Positions 10,269 to 27,836 of a DNA stretch of 64,000 bases are shown piece after piece; position 1 is the first letter of the stretch; every line of letters begins with the position of its first letter. Source of the DNA: Candidatus Defluviicoccus seviourii. Lineage in GTDB: Bacteria > Pseudomonadota > Alphaproteobacteria > Rhodospirillales > Defluviicoccaceae. Below the pieces are notes generated by a model. That model was not told the origin of the DNA. It worked only from the letters and a program-made list of their open reading frames with translations, and searched no databases. The position numbers were made by a program, and so were the translations under genes. Location: NCBI GenBank assembly GCA_900609035.2, contig UXAT02000012.1, forward strand, positions 77,278 through 141,277, in the 5' to 3' direction.

Positions 10269-11438
10269 TCATCTGCTTCCATCGCTGATCAGCGACGTTA
10301 CGACTGTATTGGGCGCCGGCTTCTTTTGGCGCGGTGTGAGATCGAACGTCACCCATTTGGCTTCGCGCGCCTCAAGGAGCAGTGTCCTTGCGTCGGCAGG
10401 GAATACGAGGGGTTGCTCAAGCATGCATCCGAACGCTTCGAACGCTCCGAATTCCTTCTTCTTCGCCGACAGCTCCCGCAGCCGCTTGCGGGCCGCATCG
10501 AGGCTTCGCTTGCGGCGGTCATGTAAGTCCGGTGTCCACCCTGGCGGCGTCTCGTCGGGGAATAGATCGCGCATCCGCGAACGTTCTTCTCGGGCGTCGA
10601 GCTTCGCGTCGACGCGGACGCTCTCTTGCGCCTCCACGGCCTTTTCCTCGACGGATCGAAATTCCTCGACACCCTTCCAATGCCGCGTTGCGTACACGAG
10701 GTAGAAATAGGTCCTTTCCACCAGCGGCTGCATGACCCTCGTTGACGTGACATACTCGAAGCTGCCCGCCGCTCGAAGGCGATTGCAGAAAACACCAAGG
10801 ATCGCGGCCTCCCGGTCCTCGCCACCCGCGATCCGTTGCTCGATTTCGCTGCGCCAGGACAAACCGCCAAAGATCGGATCGAAGGAAGCCCGGACACTCG
10901 CCTGTGGGTTCTCCAACAAATGGCGATTGATGTCGTTGTACATGAAGTTGATGATGACCTCGCCCCGCAACCGCAGCAGCGGCTGCAGAGCGTTAAGGTC
11001 TACGCTCCAGCCGGTTGGATCGACAAAGATCAGCGAGAATGCATTGTTGATGAACCGGCGCGCCTCCTTGATATGATCCTGAAACTCGCCGCAAATCGTT
11101 ATCGCTCCGGAGTTCGGAAACCGGGCAACGAGACGCCGAAGGTACTGAAAGGCGGATTGATCCCGCTCGACGAATAGGGCGCGAAAAGTTACGTCACGTC
11201 CGGCCTTCTGAAGGCCCTGCCGGACTGCCTCCAGCTTCGTCAATGCAATGAAGACAGAGGTGTCCCGGAAGTTCTCGTCGCCCGAGCGCCATGGGCCTGA
11301 GAAAGCATCGACGTACGCAAACTCCGACCAAGCGCCACCGGCCAGCGTGACGTAGGCAACCCGCTCAAGGTAGCGCTCAAGAAAGAAGTGCTTGACGAAC
11401 GTCTGTTCCCGCCCTTGGTACCACGATGGATCAAGCAT
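10269..11438 (-). CDS. tcmP: Three-Cys-motif partner protein TcmP (SAM-methyltransferase-like fold)
   Basis: KHFFLERYL, YVDAFSGPW (motif I-like), FVERD, IFVDPTGW, EVIINFMY, YFYLVYATRH; adjacent to DUF5131; GAGGA RBS before ATG 11438. Confidence 0.8.
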   Translation of the reverse strand: MLDPSWYQGREQTFVKHFFLERYLERVAYVTLAGGAWSEFAYVDAFSGPWRSGDENFRDTSVFIALTKLEAVRQGLQKAGRDVTFRALFVERDQSAFQYLRRLVARFPNSGAITICGEFQDHIKEARRFINNAFSLIFVDPTGWSVDLNALQPLLRLRGEVIINFMYNDINRHLLENPQASVRASFDPIFGGLSWRSEIEQRIAGGEDREAAILGVFCNRLRAAGSFEYVTSTRVMQPLVERTYFYLVYATRHWKGVEEFRSVEEKAVEAQESVRVDAKLDAREERSRMRDLFPDETPPGWTPDLHDRRKRSLDAARKRLRELSAKKKEFGAFEAFGCMLEQPLVFPADARTLLLEAREAKWVTFDLTPRQKKPAPNTVVTSLISDGSR

Positions 11439-11481
11439 GATTGACCAATCCTCGTCTGCGTGGCAGTATGACGACCGCCTT

Positions 11482-12252
11482 CTATTCAGCGGCGAGACCG
11501 GACATTTGCCGTAATGCTGAACTTCTGCTTGCAGCATACGGGACTTGATTCCACTCCCGCGAATCAAGCGTTCTGCCGCCCGCCTTTGGCGTGAGCCCTC
11601 CCCACTGCTTGAAGAAGAAGGGCACTCCTTCCGAACGACATTGATCGCGGATGGCGCGGACCCATTCGATGTTCATCGGCCGTGCGCGCGGCCCGCTCTC
11701 GCCGCCAACAATGACCCAGTGGATCCCGCCCAAATCCAACCGTCCGACGGGGCCAATGAGCGGTTCTAGCGACAGGAAGCGGATGGCCGCCGGGGTCCCC
11801 TGCAGGTGGGCAACACGGGACAGAAATCGGCCATTTTCGACCGACACGCCCAGCCAGATGTGCGCCGGCGCCGCCCCGCCGGCGTACCGAAGGTTCACAT
11901 ACCTTCGCATGCGCGAGCTGCGCTTGGTGAGCACCTGGTATGTGTGCCAGGCCGCTTGCTCCATCGTGTCGAAAACCAGGTCCACATACGAACACGGAAT
12001 CTTCTTGTGGAACAGATCACTCATTGAATTGACGAAGATCATTCGCGGCTGACGCCACTTTTTCGGCTGCTCAAGCCGCGCCGGTCGCAACGACAGGTCG
12101 AATCCAGTTTCGAATGGATGTCCAGCGACGCCCCTGAACCGCTCGGCAAACCGCTCAGCGTAGCAGTTGTCGCAGCCCAGGCTGACCTTCGTGCACCCCG
12201 TAACGGGGTTCCAAGTCGCGTCCGTCCACTCTATGGCGGTGCGGTCACCCAT
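11482..12252 (-). CDS. DUF5131 family protein (phage Gp37/Gp68-like; Cx6Cx2C radical-SAM-like)
   Basis: IEWTDATWNPVTGCTKVSLGCDNCYA, IFVNSMSDLFH, QVLTKR, WLGVSVEN, SLEPLIG, WVIVGGESG, FFFKQWGG. Confidence 0.92.
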   Translation of the reverse strand: MGDRTAIEWTDATWNPVTGCTKVSLGCDNCYAERFAERFRGVAGHPFETGFDLSLRPARLEQPKKWRQPRMIFVNSMSDLFHKKIPCSYVDLVFDTMEQAAWHTYQVLTKRSSRMRRYVNLRYAGGAAPAHIWLGVSVENGRFLSRVAHLQGTPAAIRFLSLEPLIGPVGRLDLGGIHWVIVGGESGPRARPMNIEWVRAIRDQCRSEGVPFFFKQWGGLTPKAGGRTLDSREWNQVPYAASRSSALRQMSGLAAE

Positions 12253-12264
12253 TCCTCCCTCCGC

Positions 12265-12290
12265 GAACGTTTACGGAACATAACAAGAAA
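12265..12290 (-). promoter_or_regulatory. Alphaproteobacterial LexA (SOS) box, exact plus an overlapping degenerate copy
   Basis: GAAC-gtttacg-GAAC at 12265-12279, continuing GAAC-ataacaa-GAAA to 12290; lies 13-38 bp upstream of the DUF5131 ATG, next to the GGAGGGAGGA RBS. Confidence 0.75.
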
Positions 12291-12358
12291 ATCAAGCCGG
12301 GTAAAGTGTTGCCGCGCAAACAGACGCAGTGTCCTGGTCAGACGTGAGCGCCGGCCGC

Positions 12359-13662
12359 TCACGGACGGCATTGGCCGTGGCCGCGGACGATGTACTTGAA
12401 GCTGGTGAGCTGCTCGACGCCGACGGGGCCGCGCGCGTGCAGCTTGCCAGTCGCAATGCCGATTTCCGCCCCCATGCCGAACTCGCCGCCGTCGGCAAAC
12501 TGGGTCGAGGCGTTGACGAGCAGGATGGCGCTGTCGATCCGGTTGACGAACGCTTCCGCCGCGGCTGCATCCTCGGTGATGATCGCTTCGGTGTGCTGTG
12601 AGGAATGGCGCTGAATGTGGGCGATCGCTTCCTCCAGGCCGTCGACGATGCGCACCGAAAGGATGGCGTCGAGATACTCCGTGTCCCAGTCGGCCTCGCT
12701 TACGGGAAGCACGCGGGCGTCGAGGGCTTGGGTTGCCGCATCGCCGCGGATCTCGCAGCCGGCATTGATCAGATCGTCCAGGATCGGCGGCAGCATCCGC
12801 GCGGCAACGGCGCGGTCGATGAGAAGCGTTTCGGTCGCCCCGCAGATGCCGGGCCGGCGCATCTTGGCGTTAAAGGTGACGCGCCGTGCCATCTCGGCAT
12901 CGGCCTTGGCGTGAATGTAGGTATGGCAGATGCCTTCCAAGTGCTTGAACAAGGGCACCCGGCTCTCCGCCGTCACCCGCTCGATCAAGGACTTGCCGCC
13001 GCGCGGGACGATGACATCGATCCATTCGGTCATCCGCAGCATGGCGCCGACGGCAGCGCGATCGGCGGTCGGCACCAGTTGGATTGCGGCTTCCGGCAAG
13101 CCCGCCGTGGCCAAGCCTTCGCTCAAGCACGCCATGATCGCGAGCGATGACTGCAGGCTTTCGGAGCCGCAGCGCAGGATCGCCGCATTGCCGGCCTTGA
13201 GGCAGAGCGCGCCCGCGTCCGCGGTGACGTTGGGGCGCGATTCATAGATGACGCCGATGACGCCCAAGGGCGTGCGCACGCGCTCAATCGCAAGGCCGTT
13301 CGGCCGCTCCCAGGCGGCGATTACCTGGCCGACCGGGTCCGGCAACAGCGCGATCTCCTCCAGGCCCTTGGCCATCGCCTCGATGCGCGCCTCGTTCAGC
13401 ACCAGCCGCTCGATCAGCGCCGCGTTCAAACCGCGCGCCCGTGCAGCCTCAACATCGCGCGCATTTGCGGCAAGGATGGCTGGCGCGTGCGTGCGGATCG
13501 AGCGCGCGGACGCGTTCAGCGCCTCGTTCTTGGCTGCCGTCGTTGCCGTCGCCAGCACGCTCGCGGCGGCACGCGCCTTGCGGCCGAGGCTTTCCATCAT
13601 GGCGGCGATATCAGCCTCCGGCTGCCCAGCCGTCGGCGCTGGTGCCAGCGCAGCCTGTCCGC

Positions 13663-13666
<4 letters not shown>
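12359..13666 (-). CDS. proA: Gamma-glutamyl phosphate reductase
   Basis: [69 protein letters not shown]. Confidence 0.98.
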
Positions 13667-15875
<2,209 letters not shown>

Positions 15876-15923
15876 TCATTCGCGCACGCCTTGGCCGCCG
15901 GCTGCAGGCGCCCGCGCCTGAGC

Positions 15924-16181
15924 TTACGCCAGCGGTTCGATCGCGACGTAAGTCCGCTGCAGGGCTTTGCGATGAAACACGACGCGGCCCTCGACGAGGG
16001 CGAACAGCGTGTGGTCCTTGCCGATGCCAACACCAGCACCGGGGTGAAACTTGGTCCCGCGCTGGCGGATGATGATGTTGCCCGGAATGACCTTCTGGCC
16101 GCCGAACTTCTTCACGCCGAGACGGCGGCCGGCGCTGTCGCGCCCGTTGCGCGAGCTACCGCCTGCTTTCTTGTGCGCCAT
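15924..16181 (-). CDS. rpmA: 50S ribosomal protein L27
   Basis: [28 protein letters not shown]. Confidence 0.99.
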   Translation of the reverse strand: MAHKKAGGSSRNGRDSAGRRLGVKKFGGQKVIPGNIIIRQRGTKFHPGAGVGIGKDHTLFALVEGRVVFHRKALQRTYVAIEPLA

Positions 16182-16194
16182 CGCTTCGTTCTCC

Positions 16195-16596
16195 TCAGAC
16201 TTCGTCGGCTGTCGCCGCAGCGGCCGGGGCTTCGCTTTCCACTGCCGCCGGTGCTTGCGCGCGCGGCTCGGGTGCGGTGCCGTCGGCGCTGATCGCGGTG
16301 ATGCGCACGACCGTCTGTTCCTGGCGGTGACCGCGCAGCCGGCGGTAGTTCTGCCGGCGCTTCTTCTTGAACACCAGAATCTTGGCGCCGCGCTGCTGTG
16401 CCAGCACTTCTCCGAACACGCGCGCCTCGTCGGGCACTTGGGCGCCGATCAGGGGCGGCACGGCCGCTCCGGCAAGCATAAGGACATCGTCGAAAGCAAC
16501 GACATCGCCGGGCGCACCGGCCAGCCGCTCGATGACGATGCGGTCGTTCTCGGCAACGCGATGCTGCTTGCCGCCGGTGCGTATGATTGCGTACAT
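16195..16596 (-). CDS. rplU: 50S ribosomal protein L21 with Ala/Pro-rich tail
   Basis: [14 protein letters not shown] ... [17 protein letters not shown]; start set to ATG 16596. Confidence 0.98.
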   Translation of the reverse strand: MYAIIRTGGKQHRVAENDRIVIERLAGAPGDVVAFDDVLMLAGAAVPPLIGAQVPDEARVFGEVLAQQRGAKILVFKKKRRQNYRRLRGHRQEQTVVRITAISADGTAPEPRAQAPAAVESEAPAAAATADEV

Positions 16597-16662
16597 GCCC
16601 GTGACCACGAAAACAAATTTACCCGTCCGCGCCTTATCGCGAGGCGCGGCCATGAGCGCGGG

Positions 16663-16690
16663 ACTATACGGGCTCGCGCACGCTTGTCAA
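16663..16690 (-). promoter_or_regulatory. Sigma70-type promoter of rplU-rpmA
   Basis: Minus strand TTGACA-N16-TATAGT about 70 bp upstream of rplU. Confidence 0.6.
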
Positions 16691-16728
16691 CCACCGCCGC
16701 CGGGCGAAACCTCAGCCCCGCCGCCCCA

Positions 16729-18255
<1,527 letters not shown>

Positions 18256-18542
18256 GGCCGCCCCTTGCGAAGATTAATTCCCTGACCTGCGGCCGACGAT
18301 ACACCAGCCCGGCCAGCCTTGACAAACCAGCACCAGCGCAGGCGCGTTCTGCGCATCAACACTGACAGGGCTGTCCCGATCCATGAATGGCCGGCCGCCG
18401 CCGGCCATAACGATGAAGAGGGGTGGGTGGGCGTCTCCCTCCCCGCCATCATGTGCGCTCTCGAACGCGCCGCCTGAGCTGCGCTGCTGGTGCGGTAGCG
18501 GTCACCGGAATCCGCCGGGCGGCGGGTCCGGCCGCCATCGGC

Positions 18543-22221
<3,679 letters not shown>

Positions 22222-22234
22222 CCTTGTCCATCGA

Positions 22235-23353
22235 TCAGACGCGCATCGGCATCAGGACGTACAGCGCACTGGCATCGCCGAGTTCCTGAATGATCGTCGG
22301 CGCACCGGAATCGGCCATCAGGAGACGCACACTCTCGCCGCGGACCTGCTGCGCGATATCGAGGAGATAGCGTGAATTGAAGCCGATCTCCATCCCCTCG
22401 CCGGCGTATTGGACCTCGATCTCCTCAGTCGCGCTGCCGTGATCCTGGCTGGTCGCCGTGAGGACGAGGACACCGTCCGCCACCTTCAGCTTCACCGCAC
22501 GGGTTCGGTCGCTGGAGATGGCTGACACGCGATCTACTGCGGCCGCAAACGGCTTGCATTCGACATCCAGCTGCTTGTCGTTGTGCAGGGGGATCACCCG
22601 CCCGTAGTCGGGGAAGGTGCCGTCGATCAGCTTCGAGGTCAGCACCGCCCGGCCGGCGGCAAACCGCACCTTCGAGTCGGAGAGCGCGATTTCGACCTCG
22701 GCGTCGGCATCCTCCAAAATCGCCCGCACCTCCGCCACCGTCTTGCGCGGCACGATGATGCCCGGCATGCCGGCGGCACCGGTCGGCTGTGGAACATCGA
22801 CGCTGGCGAGCCGGTGGCCGTCGGTGGCAACCGCGCGCAAGACGTCGACACCATCGCGCGTGCACGTGTGCAAATAGATGCCGTTCAGGTAATAGCGCGT
22901 TTCCTCGGTCGAAATGGCGAACCGGGTCCGATCGATCAGACCGCGCAGCGCATCGGCTTGGAGGCGGAAACGATAGGGCAGTTCGCCGCCCGACATCAGC
23001 GGAAAATCCTCGACCGGCAGGCAGGCCAGTGTGAACCGCGAGCGATCACAGCGGAGCGCCAGCCGCTCGCCGCCGTCAACGCTCTCCAGATCGACGGACG
23101 CCCCGTCGGGGAGCCTGCGAACGATGTCGTGCAGGGTGTGGGCGGGCGCGGTCACGGCGCCATCGCCCTGCACCTCGGCAGCGACCCCGTCCATCACCTC
23201 CAGGTCCATGTCGGTGGCCTTTAGGCGCAATTCGCCGGAATCGGCCTCGAGCTTGACATTCGAGAGGATCGGAATCGTCGTTCGACGCTCGACCACGCTC
23301 TGCACGTGACCAAGGGCTTTCAACAGTGCGGAGCGGTCGATGGTAAGTTTCAT
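22235..23353 (-). CDS. dnaN: DNA polymerase III beta clamp
   Basis: VERRTTIPILSN, STEETRYYLNG, VATDGHRL, SKLIDGTFPDY, GFNSRY, YVLMPMRV. Confidence 0.98.
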   Translation of the reverse strand: MKLTIDRSALLKALGHVQSVVERRTTIPILSNVKLEADSGELRLKATDMDLEVMDGVAAEVQGDGAVTAPAHTLHDIVRRLPDGASVDLESVDGGERLALRCDRSRFTLACLPVEDFPLMSGGELPYRFRLQADALRGLIDRTRFAISTEETRYYLNGIYLHTCTRDGVDVLRAVATDGHRLASVDVPQPTGAAGMPGIIVPRKTVAEVRAILEDADAEVEIALSDSKVRFAAGRAVLTSKLIDGTFPDYGRVIPLHNDKQLDVECKPFAAAVDRVSAISSDRTRAVKLKVADGVLVLTATSQDHGSATEEIEVQYAGEGMEIGFNSRYLLDIAQQVRGESVRLLMADSGAPTIIQELGDASALYVLMPMRV

Positions 23354-23550
23354 CGTCTTGGAATTCCGAGGCAATCCCATCCCGCGGCGGCCAACGAGAT
23401 GCCCTCAGGCGGGCCGTCTTGTGGCAATCGAGATCCCGTGCCGCCGCGATGACGGATATCAAGTCTTCTCATTATCCATGCACTATAGCAGAGCGCGCGC
23501 GCACCTGCAGCGTGTTCGTGCGCGGATCGAAGCAATTGCGCCGCCGAACG

Positions 23551-25041
23551 CTACCCTTGCAGGATCCGGCGCAGGAGTTCCAGGTCCTCGGCGAAGGCAG
23601 CGTCCTGGGTCTTGATCTCCTCCACCTTGCGCACGGCATGCATGACCGTTGTGTGGTCGCGACCACCGAACTTGCGACCGATTTCAGGCAGCGAACGCGA
23701 CGTGAGCTGCTTGGCGAGGTACATGGCGACTTGGCGCGGCCGCGCCACCGAGCGCGCCCGACGCGCGGAGTGCATGTCGGCAATGCGGACGTTATAGTGC
23801 GAGGCCACCTGCTTTTGGATCTCGTCGATCGTGACGCGGCGGTCGTTGGCCCGCAGCAGGTCGTGGAGGACCTCCTGGGTCGTCTCGATGGTGACGTCGC
23901 GACCCATCAGTTGCGAATGCGCAACGACACGGTTGAGCGCCCCTTCGAGCTCGCGGACGTTGGACGTGATCCGGTGTGCGAGGAACTCCTTGACCTTGCG
24001 CGGAACGACGACGCCGAACTGCTCCGCCTTGGATTCAAGAATGCCCAGGCGCAGCTCGTACGTCGTGGCGTGAATATCGGCGACCAGCCCACAGCTCAGC
24101 CGCGACTTGAGGCGCTCCTGCATACCCTCCAGATCGCTCGGCGACTTGTCGGCAGAGAGCACGATCTGCCGGCCCTGATCGACCAAAGTGTTGAAGGTAT
24201 GGAAGAATTCCTCTTGCGTCGAATCCTTGCCGGCGATGAACTGGACGTCATCGATCATCAACACGTCGACCGAACGGAACTGTTCCTTGAAATCCACCGT
24301 GCTCTGCTCACGCAAGGCACGGATAAAGCGATACATGAACTTTTCCGCCGACAGGTAGATCACCGAGCGCCCCGGTTGACGGGTATGGATGTGCCAGGCG
24401 ACCGCGTGCATAAGATGCGTCTTGCCGAGGCCAACGCCGCCATAGAGGAACAGCGGGTTGAAGGGAACATTCGTCGCCTCTGCCACCCGGCGCGCGGCGG
24501 CATAGGCGAACTCGTTCGGTTTGCCGACGACGAAGCGATCGAATGTGCAGCGGGGATCGAGCGGCGCGGCGATATCGATGACGCCCGTCTCGCGCCCGCC
24601 GTTGGCGCGGTCCTGAGCATTCTCTGCGCGCACAGGCTGGGCGCTTGACCGCACGGACTTGGCGATCGCGGCTTCGGCCGCGCCCTGCCCGCGCTCGTCC
24701 ACCCTGCACCTGCCCGGTGCCGGAGTGGTCGGCTGCCCACACACCCGCGACGGCTGTACGACGAACTCGATACTCTTGACGGCCGGATTCTGGTCCAACC
24801 ACAGGCTGCGCAAGCGGTCGGCGTAGTGGGCAATCACCCAGTCACGCATGAACCGTGTCGGCACGGCGATCATGACCGTCCCGTCGTCAGTCTCGCGGAC
24901 AGCCATCGGCTTCAGCCAGCTACGATAGGCGGCCTCGCCGATCTCGGACCGCAGCAGCTTGCTAACTTTCGCCCACTGCGTCTCAAGATCCGAAGACCAC
25001 GTGTTGTTATCACTCGAATGAACTGTTTCACTATGAGTCAT
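23551..25041 (-). CDS. dnaA: Chromosomal replication initiator DnaA
   Basis: [60 protein letters not shown]; start codon uncertain. Confidence 0.98.
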   Translation of the reverse strand: MTHSETVHSSDNNTWSSDLETQWAKVSKLLRSEIGEAAYRSWLKPMAVRETDDGTVMIAVPTRFMRDWVIAHYADRLRSLWLDQNPAVKSIEFVVQPSRVCGQPTTPAPGRCRVDERGQGAAEAAIAKSVRSSAQPVRAENAQDRANGGRETGVIDIAAPLDPRCTFDRFVVGKPNEFAYAAARRVAEATNVPFNPLFLYGGVGLGKTHLMHAVAWHIHTRQPGRSVIYLSAEKFMYRFIRALREQSTVDFKEQFRSVDVLMIDDVQFIAGKDSTQEEFFHTFNTLVDQGRQIVLSADKSPSDLEGMQERLKSRLSCGLVADIHATTYELRLGILESKAEQFGVVVPRKVKEFLAHRITSNVRELEGALNRVVAHSQLMGRDVTIETTQEVLHDLLRANDRRVTIDEIQKQVASHYNVRIADMHSARRARSVARPRQVAMYLAKQLTSRSLPEIGRKFGGRDHTTVMHAVRKVEEIKTQDAAFAEDLELLRRILQG

Positions 25042-25548
25042 ATTTCCGTCGCCTCGTCGACAAAATACGGTTCAGTGCAACGGGGATGTCTTGTCTCTTG
25101 CAAAGAGAAAGGGTCGGCCGCAAAAGCTTGCGATCGTGGCTACCGGTAATGTCGATGACCCCAGCCGCAAGATCCGAAGGTGCTGTTAAGTCGCCACCAT
25201 TCGGACAGTCCCCTCGCCTCGCTCCCTGTTCCTTAAGTGCCTCACAACAGCGCAAAAACAGTCACGCAAAGATGGCCCGATCAGCAGACCAATGGGTTCG
25301 CAAGGCACTCAAAATCCAAGAACATCCCGATAACACGCCTTACAGTCCGGCGGGAAGCCCCGCCCATTCTTATATTTTCTCCCCCACAAGAGAGTGCATT
25401 TTATTTTATTGACATAGGAGGCAGTCAAAACTTCCGCGTAGCGCAGAACTGCCCCCTCACACTCAATCATTATTTTCCCAGCGAGCGTTTAGAACGGAAG
25501 GATACGGATCAGGCCGCCGCCACGCAATGAGGCCGAATGGCGAACGAC

Positions 25549-25593
25549 AAAAAAAAATCGCTTGACAGGCTAATTGTGACACCTGTCAAGCGA
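25549..25593 (-). terminator. Probable intrinsic terminator downstream of rpsT
   Basis: Perfect 12-bp stem TCGCTTGACAGG/CCTGTCAAGCGA (25558-25593) followed on the minus strand by 9 T (25549-25557). Confidence 0.6.
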
Positions 25594-25663
25594 CCACTCT
25601 CACGTGTAGACGCCAGAATAGAGCTCGGCTTTATTGCTTATTCTTGCGTATCAAACGGTCTGG

Positions 25664-25930
25664 TCAAGCCGACATACTCTTTATGCGCGCAGACAGACGC
25701 GAGAGCCGGCGTGCAACCGTATTCCGGTGGACGAATCCCCTGGCCGCTCCGCGCATGAGTTCCGGCTGCAGGGAACGAAAAGCGTCCGTCGCCTCCGCCT
25801 TGTTGCCGCCGGCGATTGCCGTTTCGACCTTCTTCAGCGAAGTCCGGATACGCGACGTGCGCGTCCGGTTAATGCGCGTCCGCTTTTTCGTCTGCCTGAT
25901 GCGCTTTTTGGCAGAAGGGTGATGGGCCAT
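25664..25930 (-). CDS. rpsT: 30S ribosomal protein S20
   Basis: [13 protein letters not shown] ... [12 protein letters not shown]. Confidence 0.97.
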   Translation of the reverse strand: MAHHPSAKKRIRQTKKRTRINRTRTSRIRTSLKKVETAIAGGNKAEATDAFRSLQPELMRGAARGFVHRNTVARRLSRLSARIKSMSA

Positions 25931-26036
25931 CGCTCAAACGCTCCGTGATTTCCAAGGCTTTGGGGGCAAAAGCCGGCGCCTTCCTTACCTGCGGTGACGC
26001 GGGCCGTCAACCGGGCGCGTGACCGCAGCGACTGCC

Positions 26037-26813
26037 TTAGCGGTTCTGGAAGGCCGGCTTGCGCTTTTCGGCGAACGCATTCATGCCTTCCTTCTGGTCG
26101 GCGGTGGCGAAGATCGAATGGAACAGCCGCCGTTCGAAGCGCATTCCCTCGGAGAGTGGCAGTTCGAACGACCGGTTTACGGACTCCTTGATCATCAGCA
26201 CCATCGGCCGCGACATTTTGCCGATCGTCTCCGCCATCGCGATGGCCTGCTGCACGAGTTCAGCCGCTGGCACAACGCGGCAGACAAGCCCGGCGCGCTC
26301 CGCCTCGTCAGCCTTCATCCGCCGGCCGGTCAGGCACAAATCCATCGCCTTCGCTTTGCCGACTGCGCGGGTGAGGCGCTGCGTGCCGCCGAGGCCGGGA
26401 ATGGCCGCGATCATGATCTCGGGCTGGCCGAATTCGGCTGTATCAGAGGCGATGATCATGTCGCACATCATCGCGAGCTCGCAGCCGCCGCCAAGCGCCA
26501 GACCGGACACGGCCGCAATCACCGGCTTGCGGCACAGCGAGGCCTTTTCCCACTTCACGGTGAGGAAGTCCTCCAGGTAGCAATCCATGAAGGACTTGTC
26601 CTTCATCTCCTTGATATCGGCACCAGCGGCGAAGGCGCGTTCGCTCCCGGTGATGACGATGGCACCGATGGCATCGTCGCCGTCGAACGCATCGAGCGCT
26701 TCGCCCAGCTCCTTCATCAATTGTTGATTCAGCGCGTTCAGTGCCTTGGGTCGATTGAGCGTGATCAGCCCGGCCGTACCGCTGGTCGAAACGGTGATGC
26801 ATTCGTACGTCAT
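26037..26813 (-). CDS. Enoyl-CoA hydratase
   Basis: [41 protein letters not shown]; mutM-ech-rpsT-dnaA order. Confidence 0.93.
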   Translation of the reverse strand: MTYECITVSTSGTAGLITLNRPKALNALNQQLMKELGEALDAFDGDDAIGAIVITGSERAFAAGADIKEMKDKSFMDCYLEDFLTVKWEKASLCRKPVIAAVSGLALGGGCELAMMCDMIIASDTAEFGQPEIMIAAIPGLGGTQRLTRAVGKAKAMDLCLTGRRMKADEAERAGLVCRVVPAAELVQQAIAMAETIGKMSRPMVLMIKESVNRSFELPLSEGMRFERRLFHSIFATADQKEGMNAFAEKRKPAFQNR

Positions 26814-26952
26814 ACTTCCCTCCGGTCCCTCTTTGCCGATGTCTTGCGATGGCGGGCCGATCGGCGCCGCGCTTGTAGGCGGCAATTATGGCAAGGGGCC
26901 GCGCCCGCGTACAGCGGCGCGGTGCCGCAGCGCAGCGTAAACTTGCGTCTCT

Positions 26953-27789
26953 CTAAAGCTGCCGACGCGGGCAATAGTAAGTTGCCCGGCCACCCTGCAC
27001 GATGCGCTGTATACCGCCGGCTGCATCCGCATCGCAGGAGCAACCAGGACACGGCCGGCCGGCCCGGTCATAAACGGCGAAGCTGTGCTGGAAGCAGCCC
27101 AACTCGCCCGACGGCTGAACATGATCCTTGAGCGAGGAGCCACCGGCCGCAATCGCCTCAGCAAACACGGCACCGATGGCAGCAGTCAGCCGCGCCAGCC
27201 CACGCGCCGGCACGCTGCCCGCCTCCCGCGCCGGCGACAGCCCGGCTCGGAACAGGCTCTCCGACGCATAGATGTTGCCCATGCCAGCGACCACCGCCTG
27301 ATCCATCAGCGCCATCTTGAGGGCCGAACGCCGGCCGGCAAGGCGGGACCGCAGGTAGGCTGCGGTGAAACCCGCGCTCAACGGATCGACCCCAAGACCG
27401 ACCAGGCGCGGATGCCGATCGATCGCGTCTGCCGCTGCGAGGTCCATGAAGCCGAACCGGCGCGGATCGTGAAACGCGATCTCCATTCCGGCATCGGTGC
27501 CGATGACGAGATGGTCATGGGTCAGGCGGCCGGCGTCCGCCCCGAAGCGAAAGCTGCCCGACATGCCGAGATGGACCAGCCACACCCAGTCGCCCGTCAA
27601 GTTGATGAGCAGGTACTTGCCGCGCCGGTCGATGTCGAGAACGCGCTGCCCCTCGATCCGGCGGCCGAAATCGCGTGGCAGCGGAAACCGCAGGTCTGCC
27701 CGGCGGACGACGACGCGGCTCAGCGACCGGCCAAGGAGGGCAGGCATCAAACCGCGGCGGACGGTCTCGACTTCGGGCAGTTCCGGCAT
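26953..27789 (-). CDS. mutM: Formamidopyrimidine-DNA glycosylase
   Basis: [37 protein letters not shown]-terminal Cys zinc finger. Confidence 0.97.
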   Translation of the reverse strand: MPELPEVETVRRGLMPALLGRSLSRVVVRRADLRFPLPRDFGRRIEGQRVLDIDRRGKYLLINLTGDWVWLVHLGMSGSFRFGADAGRLTHDHLVIGTDAGMEIAFHDPRRFGFMDLAAADAIDRHPRLVGLGVDPLSAGFTAAYLRSRLAGRRSALKMALMDQAVVAGMGNIYASESLFRAGLSPAREAGSVPARGLARLTAAIGAVFAEAIAAGGSSLKDHVQPSGELGCFQHSFAVYDRAGRPCPGCSCDADAAGGIQRIVQGGRATYYCPRRQL

Positions 27790-27836
27790 CGGCGCAAGGT
27801 AGCGCCGCCGCGCGCCTTCCGCTATGGTCCGCTGCC

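Larger units (their letters stand above)
10089..12434. mobile_element. Small genomic islet inserted at the proA 3' end (two cargo genes, no integrase)
   Basis: Flanking 85-bp direct repeats of the proA end; cargo and arms look more A/T-rich than the flanks; the cargo gene pair is associated with mobile elements. Confidence 0.8.

Noticed and set aside
10174-12349. Integrase, transposase or IS ends within the proA islet
   Set aside because: The two cargo ORFs fill nearly the whole interval; no recombinase motifs or terminal inverted repeats were seen.
23472-23480. TTATCCATG as a DnaA box between dnaA and dnaN
   Set aside because: Two mismatches to TTATCCACA and isolated; not enough to call a site or an origin.
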